Source of the DNA: a virus
Taxonomy: Duplodnaviria > Caudoviricetes
Reading direction: 5' to 3' (one strand)
Length of the DNA stretch: 64,000 nt
Virus record (IMG/VR): IMGVR_UViG_3300005546_000001
Coordinates: 66,978-130,977 of that record
A program made the translations under genes and the position numbers. Below, in pieces: positions 32,818 to 44,497 of the stretch. Within the stretch, counting starts at the first letter, position 1. Every line of letters starts with the position of its first letter. The notes under the pieces were generated by a model. It did no database searches, had not been told where the DNA came from, and was given only the letters and a program-made list of their open reading frames with translations.

Positions 32818-34038
32818 TTGGTTCCTTCTCTGCGGGTGTGGGGATTAGGGCGCGAATCGCGGTTGCTGTATGCAGTGGGTCTATAGCGCCGCCGATTTGT
32901 CTTCCGCGTTCTGTTATCGCCTGTGCTGCCTTCTCCACACCTTCCGCAAAGCCCTGCGCTTTGGCTTCTCGCCCGAATTGGGCAACGGCATCTCGGCAAA
33001 TACAAGGACATACCGTGTGCCTCGGCATCATTCCTCGATGCGCCACGCGATGTGGCAGCAACTCAGCCACCTTCTCGTCAAATTCATCAGCCATTGTTCA
33101 CTTCCTTCGGTTTCCAGTTAAGTAGAGTCAGTACACCACAGGACTGACACGTTGCAACGCGATCCTTCGCGCCGCACTTATCGTCACAGTGCCAAAAGAA
33201 TCGCTTGCGCTCGCCGCGTGCCTCACAGGCTTTCACTGTTCACTTCCTTATCTACCGCTGCGAGTAGGGCACGCCAAGTATCAGGCTCGGGCATAGCTGC
33301 TGCGATCAAGTCGTCAAGGTCGTAGTCTGCTCCATGTTCTGACCGGGGAGATGCGGCGGCTTGCTTGGCCATCTCCGGAATCTGTCGAGCTACTTTCACA
33401 AACGGCTCAACCGCGAGGCGAAGGGCGGCAAGATTCGTCTCCAACTCCACAATCCGCTTCCGGTCTAAAATGCCCTGCGCGATTGCGATTGCGTCGTCAT
33501 TCTGGATTACGTCAGGTCCCAAGTTGGCTCGTCGGCCTAACGACTCAACCAAATGGACGCCCTTAAACCAATCACCCCGCCCTCGCCACCGATTTTGATT
33601 TAGAATGGACACCGCTTCTTTTATGGTCATCTCAGGCATTGTCTCGCTCCTTGATTCGCCTACGCACTTCCTCGATTACATCGCCGTAGACACCCAACCG
33701 CTTTTGCAGGTCATCTAATATGGCCAGCACTTCCTCTCGCTCTGCTTTGGCTCCGGCTAAAAACCCCGCCTCTGCTGCTTCGTACTGCGTTGGATAATAG
33801 CCTAGCTGATGATGTGTAGCTTGCCACTTTTGGAACGCTTCACTTAGTGTTGGCATCTTGTTTGTCCCGTGGACGATGCATTCCTCTGATTGCGCTTCGC
33901 GCTTCGGCCAGCACGTTTTCGTAGGCCATCTCTAAAGCCTCATAGGGCTCTAGCCCATAATCCCTCTCGGCTCGCTTGCTCAGCCGCTCGGGTGAGTCGT
34001 ATCGCGTTATCCGTTTCAGCGCGTCGAATAATCGTTGT

Positions 34039-34494
34039 TCACGCAGAATGCTTGATCTCATCTTGTTTCTCCCCAAGCAGCCTCACCGCTGCCAATGCAA
34101 GGGCGAGCGGAAAGTCGGCGAGCGCATCGAATGCTGCCTCTGCTGGTTGCCGTAGACCGACACAAAGCACAACAACGTGACGGTTATCAACGTGTCCGTA
34201 GAACGCGACTTCCAACCACACCTGATGCGTTTCCCATAGCCACTCAATCAGTTCATCCCTTACCTCGCGTAGAGGCTTGGGGACGCGGGGATGGGGGATA
34301 ATTGATTCAATGCGATTATCTGCTCCAAAGCGCCGTATTTGATCGCCCCGCGCCTCACAACCTAGACAGTATCCAGATGAATAAGTAAGCGGCCCATCGC
34401 ACGTCTCGCTCAGTCCCATCAGCTTCATCACGTCAGCCGCCAGCTTTGCTTCGTCTAATCCAGCAGCTTTCTCGGTTTCAAGATTGAGGATCAT
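34039..34494 (-). CDS. Hypothetical protein, paralog of 40921-41337
   Basis: MILNL..MGL..C..CLxC..PH..LxxWL..PLALA shared with 40921-41337. Confidence 0.6.
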   Translation of the reverse strand: MILNLETEKAAGLDEAKLAADVMKLMGLSETCDGPLTYSSGYCLGCEARGDQIRRFGADNRIESIIPHPRVPKPLREVRDELIEWLWETHQVWLEVAFYGHVDNRHVVVLCVGLRQPAEAAFDALADFPLALALAAVRLLGEKQDEIKHSA

Positions 34495-35491
34495 TGTTCC
34501 ACCTTTACGGCAGTACCGGTTGCTTCATATCGGAATCCATAATCATGCTTAGCATAGTAGACGCGAATCTCTTTCGCTTCCCCGCGCCTGACGTGGGCTC
34601 TCAAATGTGAGACGTAGCCACGGCCCGAGTTTGTGACCTTGCGGCCGCAGATTTCACATGGCGAACGAACATAAGAATGGCCTCGGCTCACGATTACCCT
34701 CCCATCTTCTCGACTTCGGCGAGAGCGCCCCGCAAATCAGCTAGTAGGACTACCAACTCCGCCAACACCAGCCCCGGCGGTAACGGATGCGCCGAATCAT
34801 AAGTTTTGTCGGTGATAGCCTTCGCCGCTTCAATCAACTCTGCGAACGGGGCGAACTCGCGCTGTACAGCAGCAATAATGAATTGCTCCGTGCGGTGGCT
34901 CGACGCCACCCGTTTCGCCGCTTCTGCAACTATTTGTTGTCCGGTCATAGCTTCCTCTTCATGTTCGTGCTTTGACATGACTTCCTCTATTCCAATCCGG
35001 TGCCGCGCCGCCGTCTAGCCGATACGTTTCGCGTGTCTCGGCTTTCGCCTAAAGTTCGGGAGCTACCCCGACAGCACACGTGATAACACGGCTCGGTCCG
35101 ATTCCTTGCGGGAACCAACCGTCACGAACGGCGCAGCAAATTCAATTCGTTCAGGCAGCGGGCCGGATTCTATTCACCTGCCATCTGGACGGAGTTACTT
35201 AACCTTTGGTGTGGCTACCGTCCACAAGAACCCGGTAAGGCATTTCCCCGCTGCCTACTCTCCGCCAGTGGCGGGAGAGATCAATTCCGATTGTCGTTGA
35301 GCGATTCGCTCTCTGCCTTCGGGGTTCATCGTCTCAAAACCTGTCTCGCAGGCCCATTTCTCGAAACAAGTATGGTATTCACAGTGCTGGCCGTGTACGT
35401 TGTTGCCGACCGGGGCTATTCGTTGCTTCATTGCCGCGTAGCAGTGCTTCTCTTCTTGCGCCATCACTTTGTTTCCCCCAACTAAAAATCT

Positions 35492-35965
35492 TTATTCTAT
35501 AAAATTCCCACAAAAAAATTCTAGCAATTTTTCAGCTTTTTTGACTTTTACAGGCTGAATTTTTCGTGCCATAATTATCCCCATTACAGCTTTTTTCATT
35601 TCTTCATGAGACATTTTCTCTAGAATATCATGACATGGTGTACAAGCTAAAATAACTGTATATATACTAGTTGGTAATCCTTCCGGCGCATACGTCTGAA
35701 GGAATCTCCGTTTAACCGCATGAGCAAACGATAGTGCATTGTTACGCCAGCAACCAGAATAGTTAAGTTCACACCGCGTTATCCCCGCCTTTTCAAATCG
35801 GGGTTTTATCCGCTGTTCTCGTATAATATCCCACTCGGTTTTCTTCGGCTTGAATCTCGTCCGTTTCATTTGGGATGTCCCACGTTTTAATGGGGTTCTT
35901 TTCAAAACGATGGAAAATACAGCTTGATCCCGCACCTTGCACAGATTGCATCGTAACCAAACCAA
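35492..35965 (-). CDS. HNH-like nuclease-fold protein
   Basis: KRTPLKR, RCE..C, FAHAVKRR, LACTPCH. Confidence 0.55.
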   Translation of the reverse strand: MVWLRCNLCKVRDQAVFSIVLKRTPLKRGTSQMKRTRFKPKKTEWDIIREQRIKPRFEKAGITRCELNYSGCWRNNALSFAHAVKRRFLQTYAPEGLPTSIYTVILACTPCHDILEKMSHEEMKKAVMGIIMARKIQPVKVKKAEKLLEFFCGNFIE

Positions 35966-36385
35966 TAACCACCCCCACTTGAATTTGGCAGAGCATTGTG
36001 TGTGTCGTGTTCACAAGGTTTATCTGAACAAATCAATCGCATTTCCTTTTCACCATTCGTTTCTTTAAACATCCCAGTCCACTCTTCAACTTTTTCTTTA
36101 CCACAGAATTTACAAAACATTTTTCCTCCTACTAATTTAGTTGCGCTTGGGACTCTGGCTTCCGTATCCTACGCCAGCGGACGAATGATTCAACGTGATA
36201 TCCCGTTCATTCGATTGGGGCGCGGTATTCTCTGCGCTATTTCCACACCATCCCAAACTTTGTGGGCTCGGTCTATTTCGCACTTAGCAACCGATGGTTT
36301 ATGGTGACACCCACGATTTTCTTGCTGGCCGCACCTTGCGCTGAAAATCGCGCTGGTTATACCCTGCGGCTAGGATCGGTTAATC

Positions 36386-36450
36386 TGGCGAGCAGGAATC
36401 AAACCTGCCATCTCAGTTGGAGTACGGAAGCCGCCTCCAGTCTACCGCCA
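36386..36450 (-). ncRNA. Degenerate tRNA-like element
   Basis: TGGCGG/TCGCCA closing stem, TGGAG/CTCCA inner stem, ACTGAGATG-GCAGG-TTTGATT-CCTGC T-arm similar to the 61394 element. Confidence 0.5.
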
Positions 36451-36785
36451 TATAAGATTTGAAAATTTGCTATCAGCACCCAATGATCGGGGAGTGGATT
36501 CAAACCAATCTCTAATTTTCAAAACGTTCCGTCTTTGCCAGCAGCAAGAAATTGCTTCTATTTGTGTTCCTTAGTTTACCGTCTCTGAAATTGGAATTGG
36601 CGGTTCTTCGGCTACAAACTCTGGTAAAAACTCGTGGATTGCCGCAAAACCACCATCGAATGCAGCGCTGTCGATTTCTTCCTCGAAATTCAGTAAAAAT
36701 ACTTGCGCATCATGTTCACAAATTTCTAGCCCAATATTTTCGGCTACCATTAAAACGTCTGAAACATTAAAATTACTTTCTGTTC

Positions 36786-37112
36786 TCAAAGATTCTCCTC
36801 TATCCAGCGATTTTTGTTGTCTTTTATTTCGATTCTTAAATTCTTTTCTTCCATCATCTTATCCACGATTTCCTCTGGAGATTTTTCGCCCATCATTCTA
36901 CTTGCTTGAATTTTTATCCAGGCGCGGAACGTTTTAGTAGCCGCCATCCTCTCAAAAGCCAGTCTTCGATTCTTTTGTGCGGAGCGGGTGTCCGTTGCCT
37001 TCCCGACAGCGCCAGAGGCTATGTGAGTTATCCGGCAGCCCGAGTTGCTGGTGTCCTTTCCGCCACCCCCAGCACCGCCAACTGTAAAATACTCAGTTCG
37101 GCAGTTCTTCAA
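36786..37112 (-). CDS. Peptide chain release factor domain (RF-1/ArfB-like) with GGQ changed to GGG
   Basis: GAGGGGKDTSNSGCRITHIASG..TRSAQKNRRLAF aligns to GxGGQxVNKTxSAVRITH.PTG..RSQxKN. Confidence 0.8.
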   Translation of the reverse strand: MKNCRTEYFTVGGAGGGGKDTSNSGCRITHIASGAVGKATDTRSAQKNRRLAFERMAATKTFRAWIKIQASRMMGEKSPEEIVDKMMEEKNLRIEIKDNKNRWIEENL

Positions 37113-37147
37113 AGTTACAGAGAAAAGAAGTTTTTCATTATTCTACT

Positions 37148-37176
37148 ATTTTAGTTGTTTCCCAACGCGGTGTCAA
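37148..37176 (-). promoter_or_regulatory. Sigma70-type promoter whose -10 box lies inside the ACTAAAATAGT motif
   Basis: TTGACA (37176-37171), 17 nt, TAAAAT (37153-37148). Confidence 0.7.
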
Positions 37177-37418
37177 CGAGAAAACTCACAATCTTCCGAT
37201 AAAAGTCGCTCATATTTTTTCTCCGTTTGTCCCGATTCAAATGCAATTTTTGCAGCTTCTTTTCGGTCTACAAATCTTCCAAGACTTGTTAAAAATCCTT
37301 GTTCCGCATCCTTTAAATATCCGAAACTTGGCGCGAGACGAAAACATTCGTAGTGATTTTTAGCTGAAAAAATTTCAGTTCCTTTTCTGATTGCTGCCGC
37401 AGTTATTTCTTCAGCCAT
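37173..37418 (-). CDS. Conserved phage hypothetical protein
   Basis: ITAAAI..H..EQGFLTSLGRFVDRKEAAKIA..LLSED pattern. Confidence 0.6.
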   Translation of the reverse strand: MAEEITAAAIRKGTEIFSAKNHYECFRLAPSFGYLKDAEQGFLTSLGRFVDRKEAAKIAFESGQTEKKYERLLSEDCEFSR

Positions 37419-37862
37419 CTATACTCCTGCTAGTTCATAAACAAATTCTTCCGCCGCTTGCCCGTGTCCGCGCACACACTGGTCTACTACGTTTTGAGCG
37501 CGGAGTCGAATTCGCGCTAGTTCCTCTTCTAGTTCATAGCTACGAGCTATACGAATAGCGCTTTCGCCGCAGAGTGCGGGACCGGCTTCACCAGCCTGAA
37601 TCCCCCACCATCCCTTGTCGCGCCAATCAGCACGATCAAGAAACTTAACTTTATTCAGTTTTTCTACTGCTTGTTTTACTGCTTTAATCATGAGTTTACT
37701 CCGAATCGTCGAACTCAAAAAAGTTGTTGACTCGCCGCCAAGTTCGTTCCGAAATTCTGCCACTTTGATAGGGGCCAACTTCGAGCCAAATCTGCTCCAA
37801 CAAATCCTCGGCGGTTTTTGATTGTGCGATTCCTTCAAGAAGCTGTTCGAAGATTTTCTTGC

Positions 37863-38261
37863 TCACTTGTTTACCCCGTCGCAGAATTTCTCTAACTCTT
37901 CTAAAACAATGTATTTAATTCCATAATCAGTCTGATTACCGTAGTATTCCCACTGACTTTCGCTGGTTGAATGAATTAGTTTGCTAATTTTTCTGAATTG
38001 TAAGAATGTAAGACTTGGCGCCAGTATCTCCAGCACTTCATCCAGAGCTGTCCATTCCGGAACCGGCTCAGAATTTGAATAATGTTGCGGATTGCTGTTC
38101 TCCCAGCAGCTTCCACCACTTATTCCGCCGGTTTCCCACATCTGATAAACTACCATTCTTTTTTCAAAATCTGGGATTCCAAAAGGTTCTTTGAAAATTC
38201 CTTGGTTGTAGGGTGCATCGTGGTTGATTTTTTCGATTTCTGCTTTAGAAAGTTCTCTCAT
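37863..38261 (-). CDS. Conserved phage hypothetical protein
   Basis: WETGGISGGSCW, P.LTFLQF, EYYGN pattern. Confidence 0.6.
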   Translation of the reverse strand: MRELSKAEIEKINHDAPYNQGIFKEPFGIPDFEKRMVVYQMWETGGISGGSCWENSNPQHYSNSEPVPEWTALDEVLEILAPSLTFLQFRKISKLIHSTSESQWEYYGNQTDYGIKYIVLEELEKFCDGVNK

Positions 38262-38891
38262 GTTTCCTCCAGTTCCTAATCAATTCATATAATACTAAAG
38301 CTATTTAAGAAGTTTAAAAAAATACTTGTTTGTGGAAAGTTTACTTCGTAAACCGCTACGCGATGAGTGGATGATTCATGTTGGCAAATTTGGAGCAGCA
38401 TGTCAAGCGGATTAGACGATTATAATTTTGGACGGCGCTAAATTGTTGCAGCTACTAGAGACATTAAAAACTTTTAACTTGACACATTTTGTAGTTCTTG
38501 GGCGCTTTTCTCTCCATCTTCAACCGACTTAACAAGATGTTCAAAGCAAACTTGGTAAACCATGCACTTTGCACTTTGTTCGGGGCACTTGTCAATCCAG
38601 TTCATACAAGGTTCCCACGGTAGCGCCAAGTTTGTTATAAGTTGCCCCAATTCTTGTTCAAGCGAATAGTGAAATCCGCATCCTGCGTAGAGTTTGTTAC
38701 CAAGAGCGTAAACCCTCGGTGTCAATTCAGCTACAACTTTTCTGGCATTCTTTCTCCAAATATTGTATTCTTCCGCTTCTTGGAGATAGAACTTCAATCT
38801 AGCAATTCTTTCATCTATTGGTAATTCGCTCGGTTTAGGAAGACTTCGCGCTGTGGCTACAACAAAGTTTTCGAGAATTTCCATTTTTCTC

Positions 38892-39302
38892 CTATTCTCC
38901 CCACCAATATTCAATTTTCGGTTCTTCCTCCCATCCAAACTGTGAGTACCATTCAGGCGCCTTGTAAAGTAGTGCGGCCCGATGCGAAGCATACAGCCGC
39001 TCATCCCAAACTGGATAAACAATCGGGTATTTTTCTGAATCCATGTAATCCATGATTCGTTCGTGAGTAGAATCCTTGTACCCGCGCCTTTTCCATTCTA
39101 CGCAGATCGAGCAACCGTAAACAGCCAGCGCCTGTTCATGCCCGCGCCACATACTGATTATCGGGTGGTTTATCCAGCGGGTGTCTTCTCCTGCCAAAGT
39201 TTTCAAAAGTAGCAAACACTCACCCCTTTGGCATCCGAGACGGCGCCGGTCCAAGACTTTTGCTGATTCTTCAAATGAAGGTAACGGTAAAAAAGTTATC
39301 AT
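38892..39302 (-). CDS. Pyrimidine-dimer DNA glycosylase-like protein (MSMEG_6728/DenV-like)
   Basis: TFLP..FEESAKVLD.RRLGCQRGEC, WINHP..MWRGHE, EWKRRGYKDS, SHRAAL. Confidence 0.8.
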   Translation of the reverse strand: MITFLPLPSFEESAKVLDRRRLGCQRGECLLLLKTLAGEDTRWINHPIISMWRGHEQALAVYGCSICVEWKRRGYKDSTHERIMDYMDSEKYPIVYPVWDERLYASHRAALLYKAPEWYSQFGWEEEPKIEYWWGE

Positions 39303-40920
39303 GAAATCCTTTATTGTCTACAACTCATTGTGTGTTTCGTTCCAATTGGACGGCTACAGTAGCCACACTCTTGATCGTCTTCAAAATACGGCGGGCCGTC
39401 AATAATGATTTTTGGTGCTTCAAGTAATTCTTTTAAGAAATCCCCGCTGAAATATGAGAAATCTTCAAGTTCAAATTCCCAATAATCAAAAGAACTCTTT
39501 TCTTTATCGCTAAAATGACCCTTGGAAACAAATTTATCCGCTATTTCTTTGTTTGTAGTAGCCGCAACCGGATGCGGGCTAAGTACCGGAAGCCGTAATA
39601 AGTAAACTTTCATTACTCTTCCTCCCCCGCTTTTGAAAACATTGCAAATCCAATTACTACACTGTTTATGTAGCCTTGAAAATTCAGGAGAACATCGTTG
39701 AGATTTGGAATTACATCGTATTGCCCAACAAACCAGCCGAGATAAATATGCTCGTCATCTCTTGTGATTTCGTATTCCCACTGAAAATCCATTTCATCTG
39801 AAACTTCTCCACATGCGCCTAAAAAATCAACGCTTTGCTGTTCTCCGCTTTTCCACAATTTGATTTCCCACCAATAGCAAGAACCGTCTTTGTACTTCCA
39901 AGTTCTAGTTATTTCCATGATTTTCCTCACGGCAGTAAATTATATCCAAATCCAGCAAGTTCCTTCAAACACCTCATAACATAATCTGCGTTTGGTTTGT
40001 ACTCATAAGTATCTGTTTTGTAGCCTGCTCCGGCAAGACTTTCCGCTGTACTCAGTAGTGTGAAAGCTATTTGGCCAACGCGGTGAGAAATACATCCAGA
40101 AAATCCAGACTGATTTTTATATTGCCCAATCCGCGCCCAATCCATGAAATGATTGTAATCAACTAAAATACCATCAATCCAAAAGCGTCTTGGGTCGTTG
40201 TTATCAGTTCTAAACTCCATTTTTCACCTCTTTGGTTTGATTGGCTACTCTCCAATTTCAATTACTATGAAAAAATATTGTGTATTTTGAAAAATCCCCA
40301 GCGAAAGTTCCATCGATGTGCTTTCAACTTTAAAAGTTCCAGGAACTACGCGCCAGCCCCCTTTTAGTCTATCGGATAAAAACCTATCAAAATCATACTT
40401 GTTTGTTTCATGGATTATTTTTTGCTCAATCATCTTGTTCTCCTTTTTATGCTGTTTTCCCCTTTCACCCTTGCTCAGCTACCTTTTTCTTTTAAAAATG
40501 TCCCTACAGGGCTGAGAATCGCAGCACGGGGGTTTCTACATCCCGTTCTTGAGACGTTTTTCGGTTTCTGAAAAACTATTTTAGTTGTCAATTAGGTATT
40601 TTCGTTTTCTAATTCACCTTGAGCGTTACAAGTAAGCGCGTGGATTCGCGCCTTTCCGTTGTATGGATTAGTTTTTGTCGGCCCGTCATCTCCAACAGTT
40701 AACTTGTACAGCCGCTGCATTTCTTCGTAAGAATCACAAACAATAATTCCAACTTCGTCTGCAATCATTTGGCTGTGTTCTTCCCAATTTAGATATGGAG
40801 CTGCTTCAAGAATTTCTGAAAGATCAAAACTTTCCCAATCCGACGGAAAGTGGAGCAAAATACACGGCTTTTCCAGTGACCGCGCCACTACCTGCATAGC
40901 TTCTGAAATTTCTAATTTTT

Positions 40921-41337
40921 TCATTTCTCGCTCCCAAAAAGCCGATATACGCCTATCGCCAAGGCTAAAGGCTTGTCGCGCAGTTCGGTGAAGTTAATTG
41001 CGGTAAATTCTTTTGCAAAATGTATCAACGTGATGGAGTGCCCGTCCATCCAGCCAAACGCCCAAGAAATATCGTGCTTTTCTAGCCATCCCAATAGTTC
41101 CTCATTTGCTATGAGATCAGAAGAGTAGGGGCGCGGAGCCGATTTGTGTGGGACTGGCGCTACAGCATAAAAGTGATGTCCGCACTGTAGACAGTAAATA
41201 ACTGTCTCTTCTTTGTATTCAATATTTTCAATGCTACCAAAGCATAATTTTTCCAACCCCATTATCCTGCTAATCTGCGCGTCTAAATCCTTGGGGATTT
41301 CTCCGTTTGTTTTGAGTTCATCTAGATTGAGAATCAC
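40921..41337 (-). CDS. Hypothetical protein, paralog of 34039-34494
   Basis: LDAQI..MG, PYSSDL, PLALA pattern. Confidence 0.55.
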   Translation of the reverse strand: MILNLDELKTNGEIPKDLDAQISRIMGLEKLCFGSIENIEYKEETVIYCLQCGHHFYAVAPVPHKSAPRPYSSDLIANEELLGWLEKHDISWAFGWMDGHSITLIHFAKEFTAINFTELRDKPLALAIGVYRLFGSEK

Positions 41338-42877
41338 AAAAATACTCCTTTTCTATTCCTACCGAACTTAACCGAACCATAAATTCTTTTGAACTCCCGA
41401 GTTCTTCTCCCACATCAAATACAGAGGTGGAGTCGTCACATGTTGCGGAAATAGTAAGATGCTTATCATCATCATCCGATAAAACTACATTCCAAATCCC
41501 TATTTTTATTTTCATGTTTCCTCCAGCATCTCAGCCACTAACGACTCCATATAATTCAGATATTGGTGAACAATCCATAATTCATGGTCGGTACACTGCC
41601 GCTCCCAGAATTGGAGTGCGTTGATTGCATCAAAAATTTCATCGGGAGTTACGCGGACTACTCCAGGGGCTTCCCGTTCCGCTTCGTCCAATCTGTTTTG
41701 AAGATCGACATTAAATTTTTGGATTAGATTCAATCTGCGCGGATCATCAATTGTGGTAATTTTCATTTTTCATCCATCTCAGCTATTTTAGCCAGCCATG
41801 TGCATCTGAACTCAGTATTTCATCCAGATAGTTTACTACATCGATTATTTCATTCAGTTTGTCTACTAGCACTCCAACATTTAACTGGAGTAGTTCACCT
41901 TCACTAGTCACGGAAATAACACTGGGTGTTCCCGGTTTGGCTAATTTTTGAATCATAATCCCTCTAAATTCTGATCCCAATCTCGGTCGTACTCAGATAA
42001 ACTCTTTTTGCGTCCAAATCTTGGTTCCGCAAAAGTCATACTTAAATCGGGGTCCATTTCTACACTGTAAGAGCGTTGTGCTCTAAGTTCGTTTACTTTA
42101 CACTTCGGACAATCAACAGAGTAAAAAATATATCTAGTAGCTGGATCACAATTATGTTCAATTTTTTCACTCATTCAAATAAATTCTCCATTTTCTTAAT
42201 TTCTTTTTTAGATTTCTGAAGTTCTGCTTTAATTTCATTCAACACAACGGCGTCTCTTTCTTCAGCCGTATAAAAATGACCGATAAATTGCATACCATTT
42301 CCATGTAGATGGAACTTCACAAATTTATGATTTTTATCTAATTCCATAAATGACGAAAACCATAAGTTTCCATAGCGAGCTTCATGTGATTTACAACCAC
42401 ATTCGCAATATTCCCAGTTAATTTTCTTCATCAAGAGCCTCTCTTATTGTACAAAAACTATCTTCACACTCATAAATATGCGGCTCGCCACCATACTCGC
42501 CAGGAATTAATCGTGACTCCCATGCGTTGTAATCGTAGACGGCCAGAGTATTTCGTTCCATTCCGAGATACTTCCGGGCTAGCCGAACAGCCATCGCTTC
42601 CGACCGTGCGAACACGCGCTGTGTTTTTCCGGTTTCCTCAGAACGGACTTTGTACTCAGAAAGTCGCAATTCTTCCGCGAGCCCTAACAAGAGTTCTCGT
42701 GCTTTTAATATTGTTGTGCTCATTCATCCTCGATTTCTTCGCCTTCTGAATCATCGAGCGAGATTTCTAAGTTAGGCTCCGATTCTTGAGCATCAACTAT
42801 TAATTGTTCAAGATTTTTTCTTGCTTGATTTTCATTCTCACCCCAACTCGTTACAAACGCTCTAAATTCAAATTGTT

Positions 42878-43279
42878 TCATTTCTTTTTCCTCAAATCCT
42901 TCGCATTTTTTGGTATATAGATTTTTGAAGCAACTATACAGTTTCCAGACTGTCTTCCCGCCGTATGTCCACCAGAGTAGCGGACGCGGAGAATTACGAG
43001 ATTCTCTGTATTTCCTTTGGCCCAGTATTCTTTTATAAATTTCTTGGCACCACGCAAAGTTGTCATTCCGTGAAAGCCTCTTGGATACGGAATCCACCAA
43101 CCGTATTTATCATTCCAATGGTCGGAATAAATGTTCCCACCGCCAGATTCCAACCATTCCCCACGTCTGGCGTTCTGACATTCAAACGGGAATTTTAAAT
43201 TTGTACCCAAACTTTCGAATACTTTGTAAAAGTACCCTGTTTTTGGCGGCGTCTTCTTGTAAACCATTTCTAAACACAT
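42878..43279 (-). CDS. Hypothetical protein
   Basis: YKVF..YPRGFH..IVASKIYIP; paralogous to 22237-22587 and to a remnant at 49099-49209. Confidence 0.6.
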   Translation of the reverse strand: MCLEMVYKKTPPKTGYFYKVFESLGTNLKFPFECQNARRGEWLESGGGNIYSDHWNDKYGWWIPYPRGFHGMTTLRGAKKFIKEYWAKGNTENLVILRVRYSGGHTAGRQSGNCIVASKIYIPKNAKDLRKKK

Positions 43280-44497
43280 GTTTCCTCCAATGGGAGTCGT
43301 AATTGAACCCCCAAGTTAAAAATTTCTTGGCATTCTTTTGGGATTTCTTTGAAAGAAACTTCGGTCGAAAAATTCCCACCGAAGACTGCTTTTTTACCGT
43401 CTTCGGTTTCTCCAACCAAAATTCCAGCTAAGTCAGAAATTACTGGAGTATAATTTGAATACACGGCGATTGTCGTTTTGAAAAATATGCCGCTCATTCT
43501 TGACTTCCTTTTAGCCGTTCATTTAACTGAGCAATACAATATCCTACCCCATCGTGTACTGGACCGCAAGTAGCAGCCGCATGCTGATAACTCATTTTTT
43601 TAAATGCCCACTTAAGGGTTGGATTCTTTTCAAAATCATCAATCTTCAAATTTGTTCTTACCCTTCCGTCATGGTCTAGTAAAACTGAAGATAGTACAAC
43701 AAGCACCATTTCTAAATCCCACTTTTCTTGATCCATGATCGCAAATTCGTGCGCGAGTTGCTGTGCCTCTCCTAGCGGGGCGTTTGGAGCCATTTTACAA
43801 ATCCGCGCCAGTATTCTTCCCTCAACCACTGCCGTTGCTTCTTTTGGATTTGCTGTTTTCGTGATCATTCTACCTCCAATCCTGCTTGCCGCATCCCCCA
43901 ACAGATATTCATCGCATATTCCAGCCCATCAACGCAGAAAGCGTCTCCCATCCACTGCCAACCTTCTAGACTGACATTTTCTTCAACCCACTGTTCTGCT
44001 TCTGGTGTCAGAAGATGAAACAAGAATATGCCGTCTTTTTCAATTCTTACATCCATTTATTTAGTTCCTTTATTTCAACTTCAATCACTTCGTATGTTCT
44101 CCACGAAGCCCACCCCATGTTAAAATCCATAAAACTTGGAAATCTTGGCGACCGCATTACAGCCTCAATTTCCCCGTCTATTTTTAAAGCATACCACATT
44201 TTCAAACCCTCCTAACTAAATTAGTTGTCAACCTTCCCCACCTAACTCAGTCTAGAGATTGTTCGTACTCTTCAAGCGCATCAAAAATGTCATCTTCAAG
44301 ACCGGGAAAAAATTCCATCCAAGCATCGGCTTCCGGCGGCACGGCATCTTCCCCGTGTCCCACTATTTCGTCGAGATCGACTTCAAGGACATTCACACGC
44401 CCGATAGCTCCGTAGTGTGAGTATCCACCGCTAACCGTAATTAGAACGAGCGGCACTGTCTCATCAATTTCTTCAACGAACTCGCTTTCAAATTCTT

